Below are positions 13,461 to 29,980 of a stretch of 64,000 nucleotides of DNA, in pieces (the stretch's first letter is position 1; every line of letters starts with the position of its first letter). The stretch is from the human T2T-CHM13v2.0 reference genome, Homo sapiens, in the NCBI RefSeq assembly GCF_009914755.1, contig NC_060928.1. One strand, written 5' to 3'. A program made the translations under genes and the position numbers. The notes beneath the pieces were generated by a model. It was given only the letters and a program-made list of their open reading frames with translations. It made no database searches and was not told the DNA's origin.

Positions 13461-15777
13461 CAGCTAAAAATCATTCTTAATCTCACTCAGATATAACTAT
13501 TATTAATTTTTCCCTTCTTTGCAAATACCCACTTTTAAATGTTTAGATAGTTAATATTTTATAGAGTGTTGAAAGAAAAATTTACACTTAATCTCAATTG
13601 AGTTTTGTATGGAGAAGTTTTTGAGGGAAGAACTTTTGCTAGGGAAGCCTATGCAAGATGGGGAAGCCATGTGGTGTCTTCTGTCTCTGTAGGTCTTTAA
13701 GGATGATAGTAAATTATGTCTTGTAATCAGTTGTTAATGAATTCTTAAAGTTTTCTTTGTTGGCGTGCTTTGGTAAGGGAGTAAAATAATCTAGTTCGGT
13801 ACCTTATTCAATGACTAGCTGTTGGTTTGAACCACCCATCAATCTTCTTCAAATGCTTCATGTACCCACCCTTGAGTCACCAGGGGCTGCCAATTCAGAA
13901 AACACGGGTGTCATCAGTTGGCAGGGACCAGAAATCTCCTATTGTCTCCTCCTTTTCTTAGAGAGATTCAATTTGGTCTAAGGGGCTTCTGGAGCAGACT
14001 TTGAGGGCCTTCTCTTTTCAATGGAACCAAGTCACATAATCATGTTGTCTGTATTATATGGACTTTTCTCATGCCATGTAAATGGCTAAAAATAACTTCA
14101 CATATTGTTTTGTTCCATCCCCACAAGGACTCTCTGGTTTGGCAGTTTGGTAATTTTTTAGTGTTTATTTCTGCTGCACATAGGCTATTCAAAATATTGC
14201 TAAAAATGTTTGATCCGACTTGAGTAATCTAAAATGATAATCTTGAACTTTATAAATCAGTTTTTCATCCTCAGAGGAATTTTTTTTAGATGTTGTTTCC
14301 TGCACTATTATTACTTCCTTTGATCTCATATTACATTTGGTCTTTCAGATAAGGGAGACCAATAATTCCTTAGCTATAACTTCAGCAGCCCAGATAACTA
14401 TCATACATTGTGTGACATGCAATTCATTATTCAGTTGCGAATAACCACTGCGGTCCAGTCCTATATTAAATGTTTTACAACTCGTGTCTTCCTAGCTCAT
14501 GGAGTTAATATAATGCTTGTGACTATTTTTCTTTCCAGGCAGGATAAAACTCTTTATATTGCTTAATGACAAGTAATATTAAATTTAAAACATGTTAAGA
14601 CACCTTAGTAGAAGAAACTAACTACAGTGAAGTAAATTTCCGTATGTAGCTTAATTATTTTATTTTATTCTCTCCTTTAAAGGGGCCTCCTCTCTTTGAT
14701 GTATCCAGTAATTCTTATTATTGCCTTTTGGGTAAACTGGATGAATTTCCAGAAGCAAGATTCAGTTTCAGAGATCTCATGATCCGCATTTACTGATGTT
14801 CCATCATTCCTCCTTTATCCCTTTTATAATGTACCATTGTCTTATTTGCCTGGCATAAAGACTTCTTTGGAATGTAGTAGAAGACAAAAGATTGGTTCAA
14901 GATCTAATCACATACTTAAGGACAATCTTCCTACAGTTTTCAGTTCACCAAATAAAGGGTTAGCAGTCTGGAGATGGCTGGAAGAGCAGTTTCCTAATTT
15001 TGAGTCTTTGGCAAGCTGAAATTCCACCTGCTAAAATTTAACAGTGTAGAGATTGTTATCCAGTGGGTATTTTTGCAACTTTCTGTTTGGTGCTCAATAA
15101 AGCAGACTGTATTACTGTGCTGGAAAAATGTAACTTGCTACTCATTGGAGTATTAATCTATCAAAATATTTCCTGGACTTATTTTACAAATTAACAAAAG
15201 AGCTATTATACATTTACGGTCAGAAAGTTCTTAGTTCATATTGATATTTTTAATTCCTTAATTGAATGGTTTTACTTTCTAGCTTAATGTAGACATTATT
15301 TTCAGATTATTAGTGAACTAAGAAAAGGTTAATTTGTAAGTTGAATTGGATTTTTGTTACAAACTGAAAAGCCTTTTTTTTTGTAGCCCAAGAACATTTG
15401 TTTCCCTGGACTCTGTTTCTCCTACCAACACTTCCCTGGGACCTCATTGCCCTCAAAGGAGACTGCCCTGTTCCTTTACTTCTACTTCTGATCAGTCAAG
15501 CAGCTACTCTGTCCCATCAGCTCCCATTTTAGGACCAACTGATTCTCAAACATTTTAGTAAGGATGCAAATGTTTAATATGATTGCAAAAGAGAAAAAAA
15601 TGACTACAGTGTAACATTTTCTGGTATAGACATCAGAATAAAAGTCTGGTCACTTACGACATACATTTAAACTCCAGTTTAAAAAGATTTTTCTTTTTTT
15701 TCTGAAAAATCAGTTGAGATGATAATACACAGTAGGTTATTTTCTAATGTCCATATCTAACATAAAAATCCAGATTA

Positions 15778-16096
<319 letters not shown>

Positions 16097-16354
16097 TTAA
16101 AAATTTGTTTTTTGCCCAATCATTTCTGGGAGGTGTATGTAGTTGTTGTTGTTTTCACTTTTTTTGTGGAAAATTTTTAGTAGTGGGGGTTCAAAGTTTG
16201 TTTAAATATGGAAGATAATTTTCCAAAAATAAAGTATGGACTAATTAACCTTAAAGACACAAAAGAAGAGTTGCTTTGAATTCTGCTATCGCTCCTTATT
16301 CTTGCTTAAATCCAATTTGTTGGTGTGCGTGTGTGTGTGTGTATGTTTGTGTAG

Positions 16355-16435
16355 GATTTGTGTGTATGGATGAATATGGAAAACAAGAGACTTTAATGGC
16401 AGAAATGACCACAGTGAATAAGATCAAATTATCAG
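16355..16435 (+). other. Candidate 81-nt cassette/cryptic exon
   Basis: (TG)n...gtgtag acceptor and consensus CAG|GTAAGT donor; no transcript evidence available. Confidence 0.25.
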
Positions 16436-16719
16436 GTAAGTTGAGGCTGTACAGAATTACATGATGGTTGATCTTGATACCAATTCAACAATAATTTAAA
16501 AAATGATGATAAATCTTTACTTGGTCTATGTAGCTTCAACTTAAGTGTGTAGGCCCTGGACACTACTGACGTAAGCAACCTAAACTCACCTAGGCAACGT
16601 TTTGTAAGAATAAAATCTATAGTTAATAATGACCTTTTCATTAGCCTCTTCTTTGTAACTGCCCATGTGGACTGTTTGCTTTGCTGAACTGTCAAAATGC
16701 TGACATGAAAAAAACAGGA

Positions 16720-16915
16720 GTTATAGAATCAAAGACCTCAGTTCAGAGTTTTATTTCTAGGGGACTTTGGAAAAGTCATGCAGCTTTTCTGAGACACAAT
16801 CATTTCTTCTATAAAAGGAGTGAATAATATCACCTACCTCACAAGGCTGTTGTGAAGGAAAAAAATTCATTATGTGAAGTGCCCACTAATGCCTGGCACC
16901 TAGTAGGCATTAAGG
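16720..16915 (+). mobile_element. MIR SINE
   Basis: cacctacctcacaaggctgttgtgaagg...gcctggcacctagtaggc. Confidence 0.7.
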
Positions 16916-16982
16916 GCATTTTTTTTGTTTGCAGAATATGAAAGATAGTGATTATTGGTTAAACATTTTTTTGTAGTGTGGC

Positions 16983-17372
<390 letters not shown>

Positions 17373-17443
17373 TAGTGTCATCTGATCAAACTGAAATGAG
17401 GAAAAGAAGAATAGAGAGCACACTTAAAAAAAGGCTTACTGAA

Positions 17444-17815
<372 letters not shown>

Positions 17816-18440
17816 CTATTTTCTCAAATATTTTTATTGTGGACTCTCTGGGAGCCTCCTCACACCACCCACACACTCACACCCCCCAGCACATCATACA
17901 GTTCATTTCCTTTCTAATGTTACAGTAAATCTCAAAGGCCTGGACGGTGGAGAAGGCTGGAGGGGAGAAGCAGCTGCTTCTCTTTGCTCCCGTGGGCTGC
18001 CATTCCCCTCAGAGCTCAAGACGCTCACAGTAAGGTCTCCATGACCTGCTGTGACATCCCTTGTGCCCTCTTTGTGGTTGGAAAGGCTCTACCTTCTATT
18101 CGGAAATCACTTATATGATATGCCCAAAACTCCAAAGAGGAAAGGGCTATGTCAACGATAGACACAGTTCTCATTTGGAGGTTGTTCAACATCTCAAAAG
18201 GCACTCCCCTGCCATTTGGGGTGTCCTAATGAAGGCTGAGACCTCAAATGCTGCAGCCCCTTGAACTACATCACCCTATTTCTGTCCATGGTGGGCAGTA
18301 CTTTAAGGGATGAAGCTCTGGGGCCTTTAGATCTTTTTGCCTCTTCCTTCTCTGCAAGTCACTCCATTTACATAATTATGAAGAGGCTGGTGCTTGAAAT
18401 CTGGGAATCCTTGCCAAGTGGTGTGACCTTTAGTCTTATC

Positions 18441-18742
18441 TTTATTATTTATTTTATTTTTTCAGAGATAGGTCTTGCTACATCACCCAGGCTGGAAGTG
18501 GCACGATCATGGCTCACTGCAGCCTCCATGTCTTGGGCTCATGAGATTTTCCCACCTCAGCCTGCTGAGACTACAGGCACACACCATCATGCCTGGATAA
18601 TTTGTTTCTACTTTTATTTTTTGTCAATACAGGAGTCTCGCTATGTAGCCCAGAGTGGTTTCAAACTCCTGGACACAAGCAATCCTCCTGCCTTGACCTC
18701 CCAAAGTGCTGGGATTACAGATACAAGCCACCACACCTGGCC
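18441..18742 (-). mobile_element. AluJ SINE inserted in a MIR (~18385-18860)
   Basis: Antisense J-type Alu; atctttatt duplicated on both flanks; MIR 3' half resumes at 18743. Confidence 0.9.
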
Positions 18743-20289
18743 ATCTTTATTGTTTAAAGTAGGCATAATAATACCTACCTCACATAGCTCTGTGAGCCTT
18801 AGTGCAATAAGAGGCTGTGTGTATTGCACTTGGCACATTGTATGTGCTCACATTTTTATTGCTAATAATAACAAAATAACCAATAAAAACAAAAAATAAT
18901 AAGATTGACCTCAGAAACATGTACCTTTTCCTAGTTGAGCAAAGACAAATGATGATGATGGAGACATGAGATGTCTTTCCCCTCCCTGGTTCTGCTGGCG
19001 TCTGCCATTGGCACATTGGTGGAAGAATTGGGTTGCCTGGTCCTATACCTGTTCCATGGCTTAAGCCACTGCTGGTTCTGACAATTGCAGGGAGCCCTGG
19101 CCGGGGGAAGGTGGCTGAGAGTGGCAGCAATTTCTTCGTTGGTTCTCAATGAGCCATAACTCTTTCAGATTCACTGCTCACACATGGCCTGCATGCAGAT
19201 CTGGCAGTTTCCATTCATGATGCAGGCTGGGAAGGTAGAGTCTGGAAAACTCATAAAAGCAGACTGAGTGGTAAAGGAAAATCAATCTTCTTCTGCTTTG
19301 GACCAAGTTGACGAGAATCATTCTCCCTGATTCTCCATAAATTGGAGCAAGGCTTAGGACACTAATCCTACTGTAATACCATTTGAAGATGAACACTGAC
19401 ATTTGTGACATTTAAATAACAGTTCAGGTCTGCTATTAAACCAAGGCCTCCAACTGTTTAACCTTTGCCCTTGTGTACTATTACCCTTGGCCCAGTGCAT
19501 GCAAATGTACTTATTAATGCATTTGAGCTTTCTGATGCCACATGTTTATTTAGTTTTGCTGAATACCTTGCTTCATGGGAACTGCACTGCACCAAACACG
19601 AAATTTGTTTTAAAACTTTTAAATGTGACACATTCCAAGCCTCTCTCAGAGATTATTTTTACACAGCTTAAGTTAAATAAAAAGTTGAGGCAATTATCCA
19701 AAATCTTCCCGTGGGTGGAGGAGTGTGTATTTCTTGAACTAAAATTATTTAGAGAAATCCAAAGCCATTCATTCATTCAACAAAAGTTTGTAAGGGCTTT
19801 TTATGTATCACATACTATGCTAGATCAGAAATACGGAAAACGTACTCCCTGCCCTTAAAATACTGTAGCTGTGTGATTCTATGGCCCTACTAACGTAGGC
19901 ATGTACCTTAATTTATACATGTCTTACTTTAGTCTTTGCCTAATGGCACATACAAAATCTTTACTGGTTTCAAAAAAGCAGATGCTCGTTTTAGTTAAAG
20001 TTATATTAACTAATGAATTAGAGACTGGGGGAGATCTTTTCCACTCAGACATAATTAAAAATATTTTAGTGTTGCTATTAAAGTCAGGAATAACCTTTTT
20101 CATCTCTTGGATATTTTTCTAAACAGAAGAAAACACTTTATTATATTCATCATCATATACCATTTCACGAGCATTGATGAATCTGCTCCATGTCTGACAG
20201 ATAATTAAGTTGTGTCATTTTACTATGAAGGTCACTTCAAGATCTGAGATTCTAGTTGGGCTTATATTAAGTTAAGTGCAGGTTGAGTT

Positions 20290-20490
20290 GGCACTGATAG
20301 ATCTAAGTTTGATGACTGGTTCTGCCAGTTTCTAGACGTGAAAAATTCAGCGAGTTGCTTAACTTCTGTAAACCTCAGTTCCCTCATCCATAAGATGGGT
20401 TAATAGTAGGTACCTTGCTGAGTTGCTAGGAAGATGAGAGAAAATACTTCTGGGAAGATAGTTAACGTAGAGCCTGGTGCACAGTTATTG
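20290..20490 (+). mobile_element. MIR SINE
   Basis: gagttgcttaacttctgtaaacctcagttccctcatccataagatggg. Confidence 0.8.
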
Positions 20491-20598
20491 CTGTTCTGGT
20501 CCCCATGCTTTAGAGAGCTCCCTTCTCCACCCCTTCCCCCCAACCCCAGCCCTCCCGCAGCTCTGCCCCTTCTCACAGCACAAGCTTTTCTTTTATAG

Positions 20599-21174
<576 letters not shown>

Positions 21175-21545
21175 CTCTAGACCATGCTTTGGGTCCCAGC
21201 AACTCTGAAATTCTCCCCCATTTAGTCCATTTCCAGGGTCTCTGCCTCTCATCACCTGGGCCCACCGGATGGCTATTTGAGAGGGCCGTGGACAAAGCTT
21301 GGAGGTGTTGGACAGGTGCCCACATACTTGTGGGAGGCCCCTTTCAAATGCCAGGGGTGGTGGTGAAGGGGAATGGCTCTTGGTCCAGCCCTCTCATGCC
21401 ACCATGTTCCAACGTGGAGCTCCGAGGAGTCTGATAATTCTAAATTGGAACCTGGCCTTCCAGGTTGTTATGAAGGTATGCTTGTCAAGGTCAGAGGCTA
21501 AAACATTTTATTTAACATGTTAGTAAGCTAGATTTAAAATGTAAT

Positions 21546-21862
<317 letters not shown>

Positions 21863-22418
21863 TAGAATTTTAAATATTTAAATATTGAGCATGTAGGCCT
21901 TTGTTTGCATTCTTGCTCTGGATCCCCCAAGAGCTAGGCATGGGCCTGCCAGTTAGAATTTTAAAACTCTGCATCCTTCCCTCTCCATGGCTGGGGTTAC
22001 CTCATTTCCATCTCTCAGGCTCAGTCCTAAGAGCTCACCTTTACTCGAGGCAGATGATGCGCGGGTAGCTCTGTTGTCACATGTCCACATGCTGAGGCTC
22101 AGCACTGTTTTGTTTTGGCTGCTGATTTGTTCCAGTTTCTGATCTTTTTTGTAGTTGAAACATTTAGATTGAGGATCTTCACAATGATTACTTTTTCTGA
22201 AGACTTTATCTTCAGCTCAGGCTTGGGACTCTGGCAGACATGTTAGTATCATCTGATCCAAGCAGGGGCCTTCAGAATCTCTTCCAGGCAATTTTGAACT
22301 GACGTGCAGAATCAGTGTCTGCGAGTGGCTATAGCTCAGTGCTGTAAACATGAGAATTGCTGTTGGACACCCATCTTTCACCACAGGAAAAGGTGGTGTG
22401 GAGAGAAAGGGAGAGAGA

Positions 22419-23087
<669 letters not shown>

Positions 23088-24000
23088 ACTGCCTGGGTTC
23101 TTGATGGCTTTTCAGGTTTGGGAAAGATCTCTGGGTTCTACTAGACACCTCAGTTCCTTCCAAAAAGATCTCTTGTTTGCTTAAACTGAATTGAGTTGGT
23201 TTCTGTTGCATGTAACCATAAAGACCTTGACAAAGAGCCCATTTTCCAAGCCCCTCTTTTGGTAAGTTGCCTTGATCTCGGTGCCCTCCTTGAGTGGAGG
23301 CCTGGGATTGCTCTTGCCAGGGCACTGGTGGGCAAGGCAGTGCATAGAGCCTACTGCTGGATGCCATACTCTGTCTGCCAGCAGGACCCCCTTCCCATCA
23401 GTTTAGTAGAGGCTTGACTCCTAGGAGCTAATGTCAGTGGGTAGGTTTGGTTCTAGACCTCATCCCCTCCTACTTGCAAGAAACAGGACTATTCAGGCCA
23501 CGTCCTTCAATATGATGTATTCTATTCTGTATAGATTTGCAATTTAAAGATATGTCTATGTATTTCCTAATAACCAGTTAAAACGCCCCCAATAAATGGA
23601 TAATTGCATTTGTAAAATTTATGAATAATAAAAAGCAATTTAACCTGGATATGTGCAGTTTATTAGAGCAATCTTGAATACATATCATTGCAGAAAAGCC
23701 AGTAGGAGAATTAAGATGCTGGTACAAGGCCAAGCTTAGAGGATATAAATGGAGTTGTATTATTTCCAATTTTACTGATAGGAAAACTGAAGCTTCTGGT
23801 AATAATAAAGGTGGAGCTTGAATTGAGGTCTCTTTGTTTCCAAAGGTATGAAGGTAATAGTAAGGAACCCAAAATTGGGAAATATAGAAACAAGTGATTT
23901 CCTGTGGAAAAAGGAATGTTGGGAATGACTTTTCTTTAAAAAAAAATCTGTTTGTGTAGTGAAAAAATAGGTTCTAGAAAATCACTTAGAAATTTTATGT

Positions 24001-24261
24001 CACGAGAACAGAAAATCAAACATCGCATGTTCTCCCTCATAAGTGGGAGGTGAACAATGAGAACACATGGACACAGGGAAGGGAACATCACACACTGGGG
24101 CCTGTCGGGGGGTGGGGGGCTAGGGGAGGGAGAGCACTAGGACAAATACCTAATGTCCAGGTTGATAGGTGCAGCAAACCATCATGGCACGTGTATATCT
24201 ATGTAACAAACCTGCATGTTCTGCACACGAACCCCAGAACTTAAAGTATAATAAAAAAAAA
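24001..24261 (+). mobile_element. 5'-truncated L1PA (PA7/8-like) 3' end
   Basis: gaacaatgagaacacatggacacagg...G-rich tract...aacttaaagtataataaaaa; agaaatttt on both flanks. Confidence 0.9.
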
Positions 24262-25874
24262 AGAAATTTTGTTATGTTACTTAACAACTGTGGCCTGCAG
24301 GCTCATCTGAGAGACTTCTTTCTTTTTTTCTCTCTCTTTGCTTACTTGAGGATTTAAGCCAGCATCCACAAGAGTCTGTGGATTCACTAATACAGCCACA
24401 TTGTTGTTAAGGACAAAAATTCTGGCCTTTAAGTCTAGTGTAGTTAAGACAATGAACTGACTGGGTTGCTCGTTCTCCCTCTGCCCTTGCTGATAATGTT
24501 TTAGTTCCCTTCCTCTGGTTTGTCCATCTTTTCCCTCTCATCTGTCTCCAGTCTATTCACTCAGTGTCTACCAGCTTATTTGGATGGGTTTGTCTGAAGT
24601 TTTCTCCAGCTAATACAATCATCTATGCTAATGTTACTGTTAAGATGCCTTAAAAAAGTAAACAAATTCCAAAAATCAATTCCTTAACCTCCTAAATATT
24701 CTATTTTAGTGTTTCCAGGCTTAGCATGGCCAAAATCTTAAATTCAAACACTGAATCTAATTACAGATCTACATACAAGAAAGATGTTTAGAGTCAGTTT
24801 GTCATGATGAGGAGAATTCTATGCCAACAGTTTTATGATTTAATTTTGTTTATTCCTAAAATTCCCAGTCTAATGGGCCTATCCAGGATCATGTCAAACA
24901 TGGAAATCTTACCATGGTGTGGAGTAATTAGATTTTTTCCCCCAAATTACTTTACCATACGTTTTAATCAATAACTAGCAACATTTAAACTCTTACAATC
25001 CTATCAGCTGTAAGAGAAAAGTAAAGGACTAATTAAAAGACCTGTGTCCACAGTAGAAAAAAAATGATGAATCTTTTCATCACTCAGCAGCTTAGGGATG
25101 GTCCAAATATATTGTTTTCTTTTTCCCCCTTGGAGTTATTTATTGGTCAGGGGGAGGGTGGACAGAACTGCTTTTGAAGTTAAACATCTTGCTTGGATGA
25201 GCAGATATGTTGCATCAAATCAAAGTAATAAAAAGACAAAATGCTTTATTAAATCTTCTTTATCACTATATTGTGCTCCAATAGGATGATCTAATTAAAG
25301 ACACAGTTGAGCCTCTTTTCATCTGAAGAGGAGTTCACAGGCTTTCATTATTAAAAGGTTTGCACAGAAACAAATACGTGGCTGTATTGCTTCCAAGTTT
25401 CTCAGCGGTGCCTCCTTTCTGTTTTGCTGTAATTGTTATGGAAGTCTTGGCTGCCACTTCATGGCTTGATACTAACTAGTCCTTTTCATCTTCAAAGTAC
25501 CTGTGAGGCATTAACATGACTAATATTTATAATGCCACTCTGAGGTAGGCACTAGACGTCTGGAAGTGTTGTATTCTTTTTGAAGATATGAAAACAAAAG
25601 AATTGAAAGTGGTGTCTACTTGAATGCTGATGATGAACATTTGGCTTTCTAGTTCTGAGTTTGCAGATGTCTAAGCTGGCACTTTGTCTTCCTAAGATAT
25701 TGCTAATTCATTCTGCATAACAGGGGACTCCTTCAAACTCATCACCATAATCCCCATCATCAAAAAAATGTAGAAAAATTAGAGAGAAACGGACTAGTGA
25801 TTGCCCCTGGGTTGTGATATTCCTAGGTCCTCTCAATTTAATAAGCATTCACTAGGTGTTAAATTGTGTTTTAC

Positions 25875-26170
25875 TTTTTTTTTTTTTTTGAGACTAAGTC
25901 TTGCTCTGTCACCCAGGCTGGAGGGCAGTGGCGTGATCTTGGCTCACTGCAACCTCTGCTTCCTGGTTCAAATGATTCTTGTGCCTCAGCCTCCCGAATA
26001 GCTAGGACCACAGGTGTGCAACACCATGCCCAGCTAATTTTTGTACTTTTAGTAGAGATGGGGTTTTGCCATGTTGGCCAGGCTAGTCTCAAACTCCTGA
26101 CCTCAGATGATCCATCCACCTTAGCCTCCCAAAGTGCTGGGATTACAGGCATGAGCCACTGCACACAGCC
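25875..26170 (-). mobile_element. AluS SINE
   Basis: Antisense dimer. Confidence 0.95.
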
Positions 26171-26236
26171 TTTGTTTTATTTTAATTCCTGAATAATATT
26201 AGTCTTGCATAAAATGTCACTCAGATTCTGCTACCT

Positions 26237-26430
26237 TAGGGGTCAAAAGTAGCTGCTGCATATAGGTCTTAATTGACCAGCCAAAGTGTTTTATAATTTT
26301 TTTAAAAATTTGCAATTCTTGTGATGAAGTTTGTGCTCCTTAGTTTACCATAGGCCTTCTATTGTTTTACACAGAATTGATTCTGTGTAATAGATGTTAC
26401 CTGTATCACTACTGGAAGCATTTGAGTGTA
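26237..26430. mobile_element. hAT-Charlie MITE remnant (MER103-like)
   Basis: aggggtcaaaa... and ...gttacctg...gaagcatttgagt ends. Confidence 0.4.
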
Positions 26431-26561
26431 CTTACTTAAATAGAGAAGGGAAGGATTATCTTATTTTCTCCAAACCAGGACAAATTCGGTAAGTCAGCAA
26501 AATTGATGAATTGTTGAATTTCCTTGACATCATCTCACTCCTGCCCAAAATGATCTCTTCC

Positions 26562-26627
26562 CTTTTCCCTTTGTCTGTCAAATTTTTATTCTTTCTTTTC
26601 CCTTTCTCCATCAAATTCTTATTCTTT
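26562..26627. repeat. 33-bp tandem duplication (2 copies)
   Basis: cttttccctttgtctgtcaaatttttattcttt / cttttccctttctccatcaaattcttattcttt. Confidence 0.8.
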
Positions 26628-28479
26628 TTATTGCAGTTAGCATTCTCAGAGGAGAGTAATCTAATAAGGGAATCCACACTGAGTTGTAAATGACTGCACC
26701 AGCTTGACGTTTTACCCCTCCAGAGCTACTGGAAGGAGGATGGTAACCATGGCTTCACCTCTTACATCTGCCAAGCCAGTGGAGATATTTATAGGGACAT
26801 AACTTTTTTTTTGCATGATTGTAATCTCGCAAATCCAATTATATATTTGTGATTATTGGCTTTTACACTGTGTATATGTAAGGCAAGCCTTACCCTAAAG
26901 CCTATTTCTATAAGGTACATTCAGATTTCTACATCAGAATCTAGAAAATTGGAAGAAATCAACAGGAAAATGTTTAAAAAGGTAAGTCTAAAACATTGTT
27001 TATTTATTTAGGCTTCTCTCCTTGTGTATGAAAACATATAAGAAGACACCACAAGGGAAGGGAATGTTTTGGGACAGAAAGCAAAGAAAAGCTAGACAGA
27101 CCCTCTTCCATTCTTACTTCCATTCTGAATTGGATGCTGACCAGCTTGGCCCTGGGAGTTTCAGATGCAGATAGGGTGGAGATTTCCAGCTATGATGAAT
27201 GATGAATGATCTCAGATGGAGGAGCTGGTCAGGGAACAGCAACTATGCATAAGAAACGTGAAACCTTCCAGTCGTGACCTATTTCAGAACAGAACTGCAG
27301 GCTTGAGAGCGGACAGTGCAGCGCAGAGCTGCAGCCTCCCTGTATCTTCTCAGCCATGATCTTGGCAGCTTCTTTGTCTCCTGCCTTTAACTTCCCCTCA
27401 GTGGAGTTAAGTCAACCTAAGTCCTCAAGGACTCAGGCAGTCTAAAAGCAAGTCACTTCCTGGGACATGAGCATCTCAGTTAATTCCTTTAGACTTCCAT
27501 TTAAAATTTTTACAGGTTTTTAGCTTTCATTTAACAATAATTTGTGATCAAGATTAAATTAGAGTTTATTTTACTTTTAGTGACATTTTCACAACTAGTT
27601 TGAACTTAGGTCTCTTGCTGGAGAAATATTTACAAAGAATTAACATCAGATTGCATGGTATAAATGCCATGCCATTCAACTATGTAAATAGCAGCTGAGA
27701 TGTTTAATTGAAAATAAAACACTGGTAAAATGTAAACATCATTTTTGTTCCAGTTGCAATGATGTAGGCTTCATGGTACAAATGAAAGCAGTAACTGATG
27801 GCAGAAGTTAGAGTTTGTAACAGGGTCCAATAACTCTCGTGTGTCTGGAAACCCTTTTAGTAACTGCTGTACTCTTCAATGCTGTTCAGTCCACTTCTCA
27901 AAACACACTCATTTCTTGTCACAAAGATTGGCTGTTTGAAACCTCCTACACTGGCACTTTAATATACAATCCAATGCACCATCAGGCATTGGGTTCCTGC
28001 GCTCATTAAGCTATTTCCTGGGTGTAAATTAGATGTCTCTCTAAATTACTTTATTCTTTCAGGCCACTAAAAGTACACGTGACACCCTATGGCATCAAAT
28101 TATGCTTATTTATTTATGTATCTGTAACATTGTGTTGTATGGCGCAACCTCTGCAAAACCCTCAGGTCATATCTTGACAAGTATAATATGGGAGTATTAA
28201 CTGCAACTAGGTTGTGGTATAAGGAATGTATAATTACTTTGGGGACAGTTTTCTAAATATATCTTTTCTTGGAAAGGGGTCCTTTATTCCAGATTTATGG
28301 GCTGTAATATGTGGGATGAAATTGTAATACCTTTAGATCCAAACTTTGGTGCAGGTGGAAGATTGTTTCAATGATCCCAATGATTACATAATTTGTCTTT
28401 AAATTACATTAATAAAGAGCTTCCATTACCTTTCTTGAAAAACTCTTAGCCACAAAACAATAACTTGCTATGAATAACA

Positions 28480-28690
28480 TAGATCTAAAACCAGACTTCT
28501 TACATCAGCTATGAAATCTTTGACAAGTTACTTAACTATTCTACTGTTTGGCTTTCTCATCAATGAAATGGATATGGAAACAATGTCTAGTTCATTGGGC
28601 TGTTGTAAATTAAATGAAGTAACATATGTAAAGTGATGAGAACAGTGCTTGGCATGGTTAATGTTATGTATATGTGAATATTATTCATTT
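28480..28690 (+). mobile_element. MIR SINE
   Basis: tgacaagttacttaac...gggctgttgtaaattaaatgaagtaacatatgtaaagtg. Confidence 0.7.
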
Positions 28691-29699
28691 AATTAGTTAA
28701 TATTTATTAAGGATTTAATGTTTTATCATCTACTAAGATGCATCATCTTTCTATATTATTATTATTATCTTTTATGGGAAACAATTCTGTAAGGAAGTAA
28801 ACCTGATTACAAGCTCTCACTGTTTATTTCCCCTAAGTGAAGAATTAGAATCTCATGAAAATGTGCTCAGATGTAGCAATATTTTTAGTATAAACCCTTT
28901 AAAAAAATGTAAAGGGAAGTATCTGGACTTTAGTAAGCACATATGCAATGAAATATTAGTTTGACCTTTTTGAGGTGGAAATGAATATTTATTGGAATAA
29001 TAATATTTCAAAATATATTATTGTGTTTAAAAATAGATTATAACACAGCAGGCACAGAATAGTTCCACTTTTTAATAAAAACGTAATGCCTATGGATGCA
29101 TAAATAATCAGCATTTTGACCTTTAAAAAGTTGATTTTATTTTATTCAGATGGTAAAGATATCACCAAGAGTATAATTCTATGTCAAATTGCATTTTTGT
29201 CCTCATTTAGTGAAATGTTTATATGCAAATAATACTTTTACATTTTATGTGTTATACAAAGAAAATGAAACTATAAGTTTACGGGGATCACCTAAGGTAA
29301 AAAATGAAAAAGATCAAACGTTGGAATTCAATTTAAAATACTATATTCTTTTTTGTTGAGAAATGGTCAAATCTTGTTTTCTGGCATGAGGGTCAAAGAT
29401 CCCAGGATAGATTATTCTGGTCCCTGTTATAGCCACATCTCTCTCTATGATTGGAGTTAAGTAAAACCCAGGAATTATTTTATGACCTTCCTTATTGCAG
29501 CAAAGACATTGGTGTGAGGCAGATCTACTCTGTTTTCCATCCAAGGCATTTCATTTCTGAAGCTCAAAGTGGACTTTGTCAGAAATAGAAAATTATTTCC
29601 CCAATTCAAAGGCTTTTTTAAAACAACAAATAAAACTAGCACATTTATAGGCCAGATCCTCCCTCTCCCTTCCCTGGGATGTCCATGTTATTTAGATTT

Positions 29700-29980
29700 G
29701 GAGCACCAGCCACTGTCTTTCGGACTTTGAATCTTGAGGAAGGAATAAGAGCGTAGTGGATGGATGGAGGGCTCGCTGTTGCAGTGGAATTGGGCCGGCC
29801 AGCCTAGCCTGCCTGGCTCCCAGCTCTGTGGGAACCCTGGGTTCCTAGATATTTTCCCAGCCTGGGCCTCCAGCCTCCCATCATTTCTGCAAGACTCCAT
29901 ATACCCCCATTCAATACTTCTTCCACCTTTTTTTTCCTTATGATAATCAGAGTAGTTTTCTATTTCTTGCAAACAAGAAT
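29700..29980 (+). mobile_element. MLT1-type MaLR LTR remnant
   Basis: 3' end cagagtagttttctatttcttgcaaacaagaa. Confidence 0.45.

Noticed and set aside
18261-18899. 212-aa ORF and the many other Alu-overlapping ORFs
   Set aside because: Translations of Alu sequence (SQSAGITG-type peptides), a known artefact
29135-29160. ttttattcag|ATG|gtaaag possible 3-nt microexon
   Set aside because: No upstream UGC microexon enhancer, modest donor, and expected by chance in T-rich DNA
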